A program made the translations under genes and the position numbers. From positions 71,922,001 through 71,986,000 of the forward strand of contig NC_086108.1 in the NCBI RefSeq assembly GCF_963921235.1: a stretch of DNA of 64,000 nucleotides. The letters run 5' to 3'. The stretch is from Mobula hypostoma. Its lineage: Eukaryota. Below the pieces are notes generated by a model. It was not told the origin of the DNA. It did no database searches and saw only the letters and a program-made list of their open reading frames with translations. This document shows, piece by piece, positions 25,379 to 37,985 of the stretch; within the stretch, counting starts at the first letter, position 1; each line of letters begins with the position of its first letter.

Positions 25379-26082
25379 ATTTGAAGATTCAAAGTACATT
25401 TATTATCAAAGTATGTGTGCAGTATACAACCCTGAGACAGCCGCAAAATAAGGAAAACCATGGAACCCTTTCAAAGGAAACGAAAGAGTCTAAAATAGCA
25501 ACTAAAAAGGAATGACCAGAAAACAGAATCACATCATAATGTGAACTGTAGAGTCCAATCCACAAACCGTGTCAAGTAAACCTTGCCCAAGAACTCCAGC
25601 ACTATCATCTGACAGCATCAAGGGAGGGAAAGACCATTTGAACACAGGGACCTTCCTTTTGGAGTAATGAGTGAGAGGGAGAGAGTGACTATCGCAAACA
25701 GACACCTTCCTCTGGAAGCAGCGAGTGAAAGGCTGGTTGATGGCTCTGAACACCCTCTCATCTGTTGCGCTCGCCTCGATGATTTCAATCTTACTTGGCC
25801 CTTTAATCTGTGAGAGATGGAGTCGATCATGGGCTCTTGCCCTGTCACCAGGCTTATTAGCCTCAAGGCTGGACACTTCATTCGAAGCCTCCCGGAGCAC
25901 CCTTGGAGACAGCAAAGCTGCAAATCACTCAAATGGTTCAATAACACACCACCAGAATGTACATCACAGGCTCCAACAGTAGCAGGACCACAACGGAAAG
26001 AAAAAGAAGACATGAAGGAAACAGTTTTGTGAACCGTCTGGAGGATGTCGCCCTTGGTTGCGTTGTTCGCTGGCGCTATCTT
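25379..26082 (-). mobile_element. Non-autonomous Rex1/L2-type retroposon
   Basis: 3' end TTCAAAGTACATTTATTATCAAAGTA..TACAACCCTGAGA matches the revcomp of 49295-49370; 5' end AAGATAGCGCC. Confidence 0.55.
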
Positions 26083-26331
26083 CTTTGGGAACGTTCAAGA
26101 TATTAAGGAGAACTGTCAACGCAGGTGTAGAGAATATATGGCCTCTGGTTGGGAAGTCTCAGAAAAGAATTAGAATAATCTGAAGTTTCAGGCCATGATT
26201 TAGCATAGTAAAGTCAGTCAACACCTCTGCAAGCAGAGATGGAGGAGGAGAAATTTCAAATTTTCTTCCTCAGATGTCAGTAGATACTGGGACAGTTGTT
26301 AATTTTATACATGAGATTGATAGATCTTTAT

Positions 26332-26595
26332 CAGAATTAGAATCAGAATCAGGTTTATTATCACCGGCATGTGTCATGAAATTTGTTAACTTAGCTGCAG
26401 CAGTTAAATGCAATACATAATATAGAAGAAGCAGAAAAAATATATATAAATAAGTAAATCAGATACAGTATATGTATGTTGTATAGATTAAAAATTATGC
26501 AAAAAACAAATGATATGTATTTAAAAAGTGAGGTAGTGTTCACGGGTTCAATGTCCATTTAGGAATCGGATGGCAGTGGGAAGAAGCTGTGTGGA
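26332..26595 (-). mobile_element. LINE 3' fragment with (AATCAG)n tail, inserted in an old CR1
   Basis: TSD ATCTTTAT at 26324-26331 and 26596-26603; same family as 51665-52130. Confidence 0.7.
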
Positions 26596-26944
26596 ATCTT
26601 TATAAACTGTGATTGTAGTCTCTAAAGGATATGGAAACGGCAAGTATGGAGGGTTGACTCAGACTATTTGTCACCTTACTGAGTAGTAGAAGTGGATCTG
26701 AGGAGCTCAATGGCTGATGGCTATCTCTATATTCCCCTGCCCAACCCCCCATAGACAATTAGATATTTTCAATTAGAGCCATGTGTTCAGGTGGACAAGC
26801 AACTCATTCCAAAGTCCATTCAGGTAGATTTTTTATTGACTGTCAGAAGCTTGCTACTTAGGAACAGATGATTATTGGGACCTGGTGGGGACAACCATTG
26901 TGGCATTGAGTCAGGATTATACCTGTCAAAATTCAGCATACAGA

Positions 26945-27466
26945 TACACTCAGTGACCACTTTATCAGGTACGCCCTGTACGTTCATGGTCTTCTGCTGC
27001 AATAGCCCATCCATCCACTTTAAGGTCCAACGTGCTGTGCATTCAGAGATACTCTTCTGCACACCACTGTTGTAATGCATGGTTATTTGAGTTACTGTCA
27101 CCTTCATGTCAGCTTAAAACAGGCTGGGCATTCTCCTCTTACTTCTCACATTATCAAAGCATTTTCGCTCACAGAACTGCCACTCACCAGATGTTTTTTT
27201 TTCCACCTTTCTCTGTAAACTCTAGAGACTGTTGTGTGTGAAAACCCCAGGAAATCCGCAAATTCTAAGATACTCCAACCACCTTGTCTGGCACCTAAAA
27301 TCATTCCAAGGTCAATGTCACTTAGATCATATTTCTTCCCCATTCTGATGTTTGATCTGAGCAACAACTGAACTTGACCACGTCTGTATTGAGTTACTGC
27401 CACATGATTAGACACTTGTATTACTGAGCGGGTGTACAAGTGTATCTAATTAAATGGCCACGAATA
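26945..27466 (-). mobile_element. Internally deleted Tc1-family transposon
   Basis: TA-CACTCAGTGACCACTTTATCAGGTAC terminus, degenerate opposite TIR; MGKKYDLSDIDLGMILGARQGG HTH. Confidence 0.75.
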
Positions 27467-29065
27467 TGCTCACACAGATTTTATTATTTGACTGGAAACA
27501 TTCAAAGTGAACATCAACACTTTTTTTTAAACCCTAATCCAACAAATATTGCTGAATGATTAGGATTTTCTCTAGCCAATGAGAAATGAGGTAGGCAGTT
27601 TATCAAACTAAATAAACATTACTTCTGATTTTAGGAGTCTTCTTGGGAGTAACAAAATAAAGCACAGGAATCAACATTAATTCATTTTGTGAACGACTTA
27701 GGAACTCTAGGGAGCTCAAAAGGTAGGGGATGATCAGTTTCTCTTCTGGTTTAAGCTTATCTTTGTATTGGCCACATGTAGTTAAAGTTGACAGTTAATA
27801 CCTTGCACTTTGTTCAAAACAATTTGGCAGGTCAATGTGACCAGCTGCATTAGTTGCAGAGATTTGATCTGGAAGAAGTTTCAGACACAAGAAAGCTGAC
27901 TTTAATTTAAAATTCCCTTCCCCAACCCCTCCTTCCTTGCCTATAGTTACCACTGTGATGCCTAAGGCACGCTGACGTCTGGGACAAGATTACATGAGTA
28001 TTGGCACCAAGCCATCAATCTAAGACAGCCTGCCAGTAGTGAGGGCTGAGAGATCAGCCAGCTCCTGTTGAGTGGGGCTGGCTGGCCCTTAGATCTTCTA
28101 CCAAGCTTTAGGTGGGGGGGGGGAGGTCACACTGACTGACATTGGGTGGAGGCTTTTGGCGGGTAGTATAGGGCCACTCTTCCTGGCACAACAAAAATAG
28201 AAACTTTGGCTGTTATCTTTTGACCAATTTGACCAATCCCTTTGAGGATTTTTGTTTGAGCTGCTTGATGTAAGTATGAGAAAGTGGAGTGAGAATCGGG
28301 TAGGAATTAAGCAAAAAGGAACTCAATAAGCTCTCTACATACTTCCCACCTAAAATCTGTTCATATGCATTATCTTAGATATCCGTAACTTATTTAAGTT
28401 CCATAACATCGTAAGGTCCAGGTATCACCTTGCTGCAATAAAGCATGGCATCTATTCATTGCTGAAGCTGTCTGTTAGAGAGCAGTGCAAGACCAGAACT
28501 GATATCATTTAAAGGGGTTGCTCAGTGAAGCTCTTGGCAGAGTGAGCATTATCATGGTTCTGGGCATTAATAATCAGGTTTTTTTTCCCTCTGCCTCTCA
28601 CTCTGACCCTCAACTTTCTGAATCATTACAGATCTCCTCTTGCTGGAGATAGTGGTTTCCGGGGGGGGGGGCTCAAATGCTTCCTGTCCCTTGCCCCCTG
28701 AGTGGCAGGGCACCAATTAGTGACTGGTCTTTAATCCAGCAATCAGAAGTGCTGCTGCTTCCCAAACCTTTCAAGACTCCAGCTCCTCAACCCCACTGTC
28801 TCCTGCTTCTTCTAACCTTGTTCATTTCAAACCTTTCCTCAGCTTCTCTGGTTGCATTAAAAGTAGAGTGTGGCTGGGGCCCATGCTGTGAAAGGTCTCA
28901 TGATCTGCTGAGGGTACGCCATTTATCGAGAGAGTGTGTCCAAGAGAATGTTAATAGAAACTGTACACAGCCAATGAGGAGAGAGCAGTCAGCTCAGCTG
29001 CTTCACCAATCCCTGGACAATTTGCCATTACTAATTTCAGACTCATCTGAATCTCTATGTGAATT

Positions 29066-30215
29066 AAAACATAGAACAGTACAACACAGGAGCAATCCAT
29101 TCATCCCACAAAGTTGTGCCGAACCAGCTGAAAAGCAAATCAAAAACACTCAAACACTAATCCATACTACCTATGGAATGTCTATATCCCTCCATCCTCC
29201 TTACTCTATGGACCTACGCAAATGTCTCTTAGAAGCCTCTAATGTATTTCCTCCCACCACCATACCAGGCAGTGCATTCCAGGCATCTACCATCCTTTAA
29301 GTAAAAATACTTGTCCCTCACATCCCCCTCGAACCTCCCCCTCCCCCACCTTCAACGAATGCCATAAGATATAGGAGCAGAATTAGACCATTTGGCCGTT
29401 TCATCATGGCTGATCCAATTTTCCTTCAGCCCCAATCTCCTGCCTTCTCCCCTATCCCTTCAGGCCCTGACAAGTCAAGACTCTATCAAACTCTACCTTA
29501 AACATATGTAAAGACATGGCCTCCACAGCTGCCTGTGACAAAGAATTCCACAGATTCACCACTCTCTGGATAAAGAAATTCCTCCTCAAGTCCGTTCTAA
29601 AAGTATGTCCCTCGAGATCCATCCTAGAGTCTAGTGATTCTTGATAGATCATTGTTAATGCCTCCAAAATTCAGCCACCTCCTTTAGAACCCTGAAGTAT
29701 ACACTATCTGGTCCAGATGGCTTATCTACCTTCAGACCTTTCCATTTTCTAAGAACCTTCTCTCTAAATATGGCAACATTACACACTTCATGATCCCTGA
29801 CACCTGGAACTTCCGCTATACTGCTAGGTTATCCATAGTGAATACTGATACAAAATACTTATCCAGTTCGTCCACCATTTCCTTGTCCTCCATTACTACC
29901 TCTCCAGAAATGTTTTCCAGAGGTCCATTATCCACTCTTGCCTATCTTTTACACTTTTGGTATCCTCTTTAATACTTCTAGATAGCTTACTTACCTTCTT
30001 AATGACCTTTTTAGTTGCCTTCTGTTGGATCTTAAGATTCTCAATCCTCTAACTTCCCAATAATATTTTCTAATTATATATCTTCTCTTTGGCAGTTATA
30101 TGGGCTTTGACTTCTCTTGTTTGCCATGGTTTTGTCATCTTGCCTTTAGAATACTACTTCTTCTTTGGGATGTACATATCCTGTGCCTTCAGAATTGATT
30201 CCAGAAATTCCTCAT
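29066..30215 (-). mobile_element. Two stacked CR1 3' fragments (29066-29362; 29363-30215 with internal deletions)
   Basis: Two distinct CR1 tails (CATAGAAC.., CATAAGATATAGGAGCAG); ORF 29452..29667. Confidence 0.7.
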
Positions 30216-30234
30216 GTTTTGCCCTACTCCAATT

Positions 30235-31786
30235 TTTTTTTTAAAAGTTCCCATAAGGTTCATACCTATCCTTATCTATAATTATCCTGTGGTTAAGGAG
30301 TTGTGGTCATTGTTCCCTAACTGTTCACTCACTGTAAGGTCAGACACCTGGCCAAGCTCATTACCCAACACCTGGTCCAGTTCAGCCTGTCCTCTCGGAT
30401 GCCCATCCACATATTGATTTAAGAAACCTCTTGAATGGGCATCAAATTTTGCCCCATCTAAACCCCTTGTACTAAGAAGGCCCCAGTTTACGTTAGGGAA
30501 GTTGAAATCCCCCATGACAAAAACCCTATTATATTTACACATTTCTTTAATCTGATTACATATCTATCCCTTAATGTCCCAATGAATATTGGGGGATCTG
30601 TAGTACAATCCCATCAGTGAGATTGCACCCTTCCTATTCCTGAGTTCTATCCAAATGGACCTGGTGTGTGAACCCTCCATTATGCCTGACCTGAGTGCAG
30701 CTGTGATATTGTCCCTGAGTAGTGGAGCAACTAACCCCAACCCCTTTTACCTCTCTCTCTATCTGCTACATTAATCACCCATTCCTGTCCCTCACTCAAC
30801 CAAGTTTCAGTAATAGCTACAAAATTGTAGTTCCATGGACTGATCCATGCTCTTAAGTTTGACACCCTTGCCCATAACTCTCCTAGTATTAAAATATACA
30901 CTCGTCAAATTATCTGACCCATTTACCTGTTACTTCGATTTTACCTTTCAATACTTTCCCTGACATTACCTTCCGGTCCGATCCTTCCCTTACTGACCTG
31001 GTGCTCTGGTTCCCAGCCTCCTGCAAGACTAGTTTAAACTCACCGGATTAGTATTTGCAAACCTGGTAAGGATTTTGGTTCCTCTCCAGTTCAGGTGCAA
31101 CCCATCCCTCTTATACAGGTCGCCCCTTTCCCAGCAAAGGTTCCAATGATCTAAGAACTTGAAACCCTGTCCCCTGTATCATCTCTTCAGCCACTCATTC
31201 ATCCTTGCTGTCATCCCATTCCTAGCTAGACCATGGCACTGGGAGTAATCTGGAGATTACCTTTTTGAAGGTCCTTCTCGTTGGTGTCTTTCCTCACACT
31301 ATATACTCACTACATAGGACCTCTTCCCATGCTATTGGTGCCAATACGCACCACAAGCTCTGGATGTTCACTGTCCCCCCTGAGAATATCCTGCAGCCAC
31401 TCCGGTACATCCAGGACCCTGGCACTCGGGAGGCAACACACCATCCTGGTATCTCTTTTGTGGCCACAGAATCTCCTTTCTGTCTCTCTAACTACTGAGT
31501 CCCGTATAACTACCACACTGCCTGACTTCTGACTTCAACTTTCCCGGTTGTGCCTTAGAGCCAGCCACAGTGCCTCCAGCCTGGCTGTTGCTGCCGTGCC
31601 CAATGGGTTATCCCTCTCCTCTCCGTCCTCCACCCCACCACCCCCCAGAACGGTGTACCTGTTGCCGAGGGGAATAGCCCCAGGGGAACCCTGCAATGAC
31701 TTCCTAATCTCCTTACCAATCCTGGTGGTTACCCATCTACTGTCTGAAGCTTGTACTCTAGGTGTGACCACTTCTTCACAATTCTT
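30235..31786 (-). mobile_element. Older CR1: endonuclease start and ORF1 C-terminal part (host of the nested insertion)
   Basis: MGDFNFPNVNW..LGNNDHNSL; MVCCLPSARVLDV..VVRIGTNSMG; KNCEEVVTPRVQ. Confidence 0.8.
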
Positions 31787-31876
31787 ATAAGACCATAAGA
31801 CAAAGGAGCAGAAGTTGGTCATTTGGCCCATCGAGTCTGCTCTGCTGTTTTATCATGAGCTGATCCATTCTCCCAT

Positions 31877-34520
31877 TTAGTCCCACTCCCCTGCCTTCTC
31901 ACCATAACCTTTGATGCCCTGGCTACCCAGATACCTATCAATCCTTGCCTTAAATACACCCAATGACTTGGTCTCCACTGCTGCCCATGGCAACAAATTC
32001 CATAGATTCACCACTCTCTGGCTAAAAAAATTTCTTCGCATCTCTGTTCTGAATGGGTGCCCTTCAATCCTTAAGTCATGCCCTCTCGTACTAGACTCCC
32101 CCATCATGGGAAACAACTTTGCCACATCCACTCTATCCATGCCTTTCAACATTCGAAATGTTTCTATGAGGTACCCCCTCATTCTTCTAAACTCCAAGGA
32201 ATACAGTCCAAGAGCGGACAAACGTTCCTCATATATTAAGCCTCTCATTCCTGGAATCATTCTAGTGAATCTTCTCTGTACCCTTTCCAATGTCAACACA
32301 TCCTTTCTTAAATAAGGAGCCCAAAACTGCCCACAGCACTCCAAGTGAGGTCTTAACAGCACCTTACAGAGCCTCAACATCACATCCCTGCTACTATACT
32401 CTACTCCTCTAGAAATGAATGCCAACTTTGCATTCGCTTTCTTCACCACCGACTCAACCTGGAAGTTAACGTTAAGGGTATCCTGCACGAGGACTCCCAG
32501 GTCCCATTGCATCTCAGAACTTTGAATTCTCTCCCCATTTAAATAATAGTCTGCCTGTTTATTTCTTCTGCCAAAGTGCATAGCCATACACTTTCCAACA
32601 TTGTATTTCATTTGCCACTTCTTTGCCCATTCTTCCAATCTATCCAAGTCTCTCTGCAGACTTTGTTTCCTCAGCACTACCGGCCCCTCCACCTATCTTT
32701 ATATCATCAGCAAACTTAGCCACAAAGCCAACTATTCCATAATCCAAATCGTTGATGTACAACATAAAAAGAAGCGGCCCCAACACAGACCCCTGTGGAA
32801 AACCACTGGTAACCGGCAGCCAACCAGAATAGCATCCCTTTATTCCCACTCTCCGTTTCCTGCCAATCAGCCAATGCTCTATCCACGTATGTAACTTTCC
32901 TGTAATTCCATGGGCTCTTATCTTGTTAAGCAGCCTCATGTGTGGCACCTTGTCAAAGGCCTTCTGAAAATCCAAATATACAACATCCTCTGCATCTCCC
33001 TTGTCTAGCCTACTTGTAATTTCCTCAAAAAATTGTAATAGGTTTGTCAGGCAGGATTTTCCTTTAAGGAATCCATGCTGAGTTCTGCCTATCTTGTCAT
33101 ATGCCTCCAGGTACTCTGTAACCTCATCCTTGACAATTGACTCCAACAACTTCCCAACCACCGATGTCAAGCTAACAGGTCTATAATTTCCTTTGTGCTT
33201 CCTTGCCCCCTTCTTAAATAGCGGAGTGACATTTGCAATCTTGCAGTCCTCCGGAACCATGCCAGAACCTATCGACTTTTGAAAGATCATCGCTAATGCC
33301 TCCGCAATCTCCACAGCTACTTCCTTCAGAACACGCGGGTGCATTCCATCTGGTCTGGGATATTTATCTACCTTTAGACTATTCAGCTTCCTGAGTACTT
33401 TCTCTGTCGTAATTGTGACGGCGCACACTTCTCTTCCCTGCCACGCTTGAGTGTCCGGTATACTGCTGATGTCTTCCTCAGTGAAGACTGATGCAAAATA
33501 CTCATTCAGTTCCTCTGCCATCTCCTTATCTCCCATTACAATTTCTCCAGCATCATTTTCTATCGGTCTTGTATCTACTCTCACCTGTCTTTTACTCTTT
33601 ATATACTTGAAAAAGCTTTTAGTATCCTCTTTGATATTATTTGCTAGCTTCCTTTCATAGTTCATCTTTTCCCTCTTAATGACCTCCTTAGTTTCCTTTT
33701 GTAAGCTTTTAAAAACTTCCCAATCCTCTGTCTTCCCACTAATTTTTGCTTCCTTGTACGCCCTCTCCTTTGCTTTAACTTTGGCTTTGACTTCTCTTGT
33801 CAACCATGGTTGCATCCTTTTTCCATTTGAAAATTTCTTTTTTTTTGGAATATATCTGTCTTGCACCTTCCTCACTTCTCGCATAAACTCCAGCCACTGC
33901 TGCTCTGCCGTCTTTCCCGCCAGTGTCCCTTTCCAGTCAGCTTTGGCCAGTTCCTCTCTCATGCCACTGTAATTTCCTTTACTCCACTGAAATATCGACA
34001 TATCAGATTTCGGCTTCTCTTTTTCAAATTTCACAGTGAATTCAATCATGTTATGATCACTGCCTCCTAAGGGTTCCTTCACCTCAATCTCTCTAATCAC
34101 CTCCGGTTCATTACACAATACCCAATCCGGTACAGCCGATCCCCCAGTGGACTCAACAACAAGCTGTTCTAAAATGCCATCTCGCAGACATTCTACAAAT
34201 TCTCTCTCTTGAGATCCAGTGCCGACCTGATTTTCCCAATCCACTCGCATGTTAAAATCCCCCACAATTATCACAACGCTGCCGTTCTGACAAGCCTTTT
34301 CTATTTCCTGTTGTAATTTGTAGTCCACATCCCTGCAGCTGTTTGGAGGCCTATAAATAACTGCCATCAGGGTCCTTTTACCCCTGCAATTTCTTAGCTC
34401 AACCCATAAAGATTCTGCACCTTCCGATCCTACATCACCTCTTTCTAATGATTTGATATCATTTCTTATCAATAAAGCCACGGCACCCCCTCTGCCTACC
34501 TTCCTATCCTTCCGATACAC
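31877..34520 (-). pseudogene. CR1 ORF2 (APE endonuclease + RT), one frameshift near 32650-32690, N-terminus interrupted
   Basis: GDFN, LGGSDHN, NYRPVSLTS, YLDFQKAFDKVPH, PQGSVLGP, KFADD. Confidence 0.93.
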
Positions 34521-34565
34521 CGTGTATCCTTGGACGTTCAGCTCCCAGAGACATTAGCCAAGTCA

Positions 34566-35538
34566 TAGTCATAGTCATACTTTATTGATCCCGGGGGAAA
34601 TTGGTTTTCGTTATAGTTGCACCATGAATAATAAATAGTAATAGAACCATAAATAGTTAAATAGTAATATGCAAATTATGCCAGTAAATTATGAACTAAG
34701 TCCAGGACCAGCCTATTGGTTCAGGGTGTCTGACCCTTCAAGGGAGGAGTTGTAAAGTTTGATGGCCACAGGCAGGAATGACTTCTTATGATGCTCTGTG
34801 TTGCATCTCGGTGGAATGAGTCTCTGGCTGAATGTACTCCTGTGCCCAACCAGTACGTTATGTAGTGGATGGGAGACATTGGCCAAGATGGCATGCAACT
34901 TAGACAGCATCCTCTTTTTAGACACCACCGTGAGAGAGTCCAGTTCCATCCCCACAACATCACTGGCCTTACCAATGATTTGTTGATTCTGTTGGTGTCT
35001 GCTGCCCTCAGCCTGCTGCCCCAGCACACAACAGCAAACATGATAGCACTGGCCACCACAGATTCGTAGAACATCCTCAGCATCATCCGGCAGATGTTAA
35101 AGGACCTCAGTCTCCTCAGGAAATAGAGACGGCTCTGACGCTTCTTGTAGACAGCCTCAGTGTTCTTTGACCAGTCCAGTTTATTGTCAATTCGTATCCC
35201 CAGGTATTTGTAATCCTCCACCATGTCCACACTGACCCCCTGGATGGAAACAGGGGTCACCGGTACCTTAGCTCTCCTCAGGTCTACCACCAGCTCCTTA
35301 GTCTGTTTCACATTAAGCTGCAGATAATTCTGCTCACACCATGTGACAAAGTTTCCTACCGTAGCCCTGTACTCAGCCTCATCTCCCTTGCTGATGCATC
35401 CAACTATGGCAGAGTCATCCAAAAACTTCTGAAGATGACAAGACTCTGCAGTAGTTGAAGTCCGAGGTGTAAATGGTGAAGAGAAAGGGAGACAAGACAG
35501 CCCCCTGTGGAGCCCCAGTGCTGCTGATCACTCTGTCA
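34566..35538 (-). mobile_element. Young Rex1/Babar-type LINE 3' part nested in the CR1 endonuclease
   Basis: STGAPQGAVLSPFLFTIYTSD, DDSAIVG, YKYLGI, RLYFLRRL; tail (ATAGTC)n; GTCA at both junctions. Confidence 0.88.
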
Positions 35539-35827
35539 CGAGTGATGTCCACAATATCATACCTGCCAATCTGTGGCTGTACGACAAGATCATCCACCTT
35601 ATTCCTTATGCTGCGTGCATTTAAGTATAACATCTCAAGACCAGTATTTGGTACTTTTTGCTTTGATTGCACTACAACTTCATTGCACTGCAACTCGTCC
35701 CAATGGCTGCAAATTTGCTCCATCACCTGCCTGTCTTTCCTGACATCTTTACTGCTTATTATCTTAGATTTATTTCTGTTTTTCTCTTCCTCTGCTCTAT
35801 CATTCCGGTTCCCATCGCCCTGCCAAA

Positions 35828-36469
35828 TTAGTTTAAACCCTCCCTAACAGCTCTATTAAACTTTCCTGCCAGGATATTGGTCCCCTTCGGGCTCAGGTGT
35901 AACCTGTCCATTTTGAGCAGGTCATACTTCCCCCAGTAGAGATCCCAGTGATCCAAGAATCTGAAGCCCTGCCCCCTGCACCAGTCTCTCAGCCATGCAT
36001 TCATCTGCCTGATCCTACTATTGTTGCCCTCGCTAGCACGTGGCACAGGTAGCAATCCCGAGATTACTACCCTGGAGGTCCTGCTTCTCAGCTTCCTTCC
36101 TAACTCCTGGAAATCTCTCTTCAGGACCTCCTCCCTTCTCCTACCTATGTCATTGGTACCAACATGTACCAAGACAACTGGCTGCTCACCCTCTCCCTTC
36201 AGAATATTCTGGACCCGATCTGAGACATTCCATACCCTGGCACCTGGGAGACAACACACCATGCGGGTATCTCTATCAGGCTCACCGAATCTCCTGTCCG
36301 TTCCCCTGACATTGGAATCCCCTATGACTACCGCATTCCTCTTATCCCTCCTTCCCTCCTGCACAACAGCGCCAGGCTCAGTGCCAGAGATCCGGTCACC
36401 GTGGGCATTCCCTGTCAGGTCATCCCCCTCAACAGCATCCAGAACAAGATGCTTGTTGCTGAGGGGGAT
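35828..36469 (-). CDS. CR1 ORF1p SGNH/GDSL esterase domain (5'-truncated)
   Basis: VVIGDSNVRG, LVHVGTNDIG, DRLHLS: SGNH blocks I, III and V. Confidence 0.85.
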   Translation of the reverse strand: MPLSNKHLVLDAVEGDDLTGNAHGDRISGTEPGAVVQEGRRDKRNAVVIGDSNVRGTDRRFGEPDRDTRMVCCLPGARVWNVSDRVQNILKGEGEQPVVLVHVGTNDIGRRREEVLKRDFQELGRKLRSRTSRVVISGLLPVPRASEGNNSRIRQMNAWLRDWCRGQGFRFLDHWDLYWGKYDLLKMDRLHLSPKGTNILAGKFNRAVREGLN

Positions 36470-37105
36470 CTGTAATATCTTCAGCTTCCTGTATGATGGT
36501 GAGTACATCCAACTCCAGCTGCAAATCCTTGACCCAGTCAGTCAGGCGCTGAATGTGGGTGCACTTCCTGCAGTTGTAGCCATTAGGGAAACCACCAGGT
36601 ATCCTGAATTCCCACATATGGCAGGAGGAGCATTCTATCCTGACTACTCTGCACTAACAGAAAACAGCTTCGCTGTGCCTCTGCCTGCTCACTGCAAACA
36701 CTGTTGAGCCAAAACCTTCCTGGTCTATCACTGGCACGCTCAGACAATAGCTGCTCTGCTTGTTCCTGCCTTCCTTTTATTTGCAGCTGAGTTTAGGCCT
36801 CTGACGCTAACAGTTACAGTGCTGGCACGGCTGAAAAAGACTGACATTGCCCAAATCTGCTCCTTTTATGCTCCCTTTCCTAACTTCTGTAGGGCTCTGA
36901 CACTGACACTGACACTCACACTACCTACGCCCGAGCCACCAAAAAAAGACCATATTTACCCGAGTCTGCTCTTTTTATGTTTGCACTCCAAACTTCAGTA
37001 GGCCTCTAATGCCAACACTTACCGTGCCTACATATTTGAAAAACATAGGCCTAGCCAAGATATTCCTTTTATATTCTCTTTCATGACTTCCTGAATTATG
37101 CAAAT
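36470..37105 (-). mobile_element. 5' part of the older CR1: ORF1 zinc-finger/leucine zipper and repeated 5' UTR
   Basis: IECSSCHMWE..YNCRKC..IQRLTDWVKDLQLEL; three ~95-110 bp monomers at 36794-37091. Confidence 0.75.
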
Positions 37106-37599
37106 CGGTGACCAAGAAACTGGGTTTAAATCAGACAAAATAGCTACCATTCCTAAACCCTTTCAAAATGGTATGAAGATAAAAAAGTGTTTGTGATAAT
37201 TTCCAGCCGTACAATATGTTTGATAAAGAATTTTTTTCACACTTCCTTTCAGCTTCATTTATTTTCTCATTGAGAATTGGTCATCAAAAAATTAATATAT
37301 TGTTATTACGTAGGCCATGGAGTGAAATATCTGTGCTTTTATTGATTTTCCACTGAAATAGTCTTGACACATCAATTACATTGATAAATAAATGGCCTAT
37401 ATAATGCCTAATCATTCATTAATTCTATATGACAGTGCCTCATTTTATTTTATATTTGCTACTAAATCTTCAAGATCCTTTCACAATGTAATTACTTCGC
37501 TAGAGTGATCATATATATATTATTTCATCCAAACTTTTAAAATCTCTGTTCATAATCAACCAAATGTTTTCCCAATATGAAAAGAACTGAAAGCAAAAA

Positions 37600-37985
37600 A
37601 AAAAATACAGATGCTGGAAATCTGAAATAAAAGCAAAGATTGCTGTGAATATTTAGTAGGTCAGACAGCATCTGTGGAGAAAGAAACAGTTTTTGTTTCA
37701 TGGCCATGATATTTCATTGTTTTCATAGAAATAGGAAAGATCAGTTATCTGAAAGAGTTGAAAATAGAGCTATGGTGATGGAAGTGAACTTGTCATCTGA
37801 CAACCTATGTCTCTTGTCTCTCACAGACACGCTCCGATTTGCCCATCCCTCGGTTTATGTGGAACTATTTTTGTAGCACATTTATTTTCTAACTTTACCA
37901 AGTCTTTTAGAAGGGCCATTGACCTGACATGTTAACTCTGTTCTCTGCCTAATCTGCTGAGTACATCCAGCATTCTCTGTTTTTG
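37600..37985. mobile_element. Decayed PLE termini in inverted arrangement
   Basis: CAGATGCTGGAAATCTGAAATAAA..CAGCATCTGTGGAGA on the left; CTGCTGAGT..CCAGCATT on the right. Confidence 0.55.

Larger units (their letters stand above)
31787..36469 (-). mobile_element. Young near-full-length CR1, 5'-truncated within ORF1
   Basis: Tail (ATAAGACC)n; ORF2 in 32640..34520 and 31877..32692; ORF1 in 35828..36469; removing it restores the host ORF1. Confidence 0.95.

Noticed and set aside
28677..29300. 207-aa protein-coding gene
   Set aside because: No recognisable domain; last third is the antisense of a CR1 tail
32640..34520. RT-based bacterial system (retron, DGR, group II intron)
   Set aside because: APE + RT architecture and 3' tail are those of a CR1 LINE
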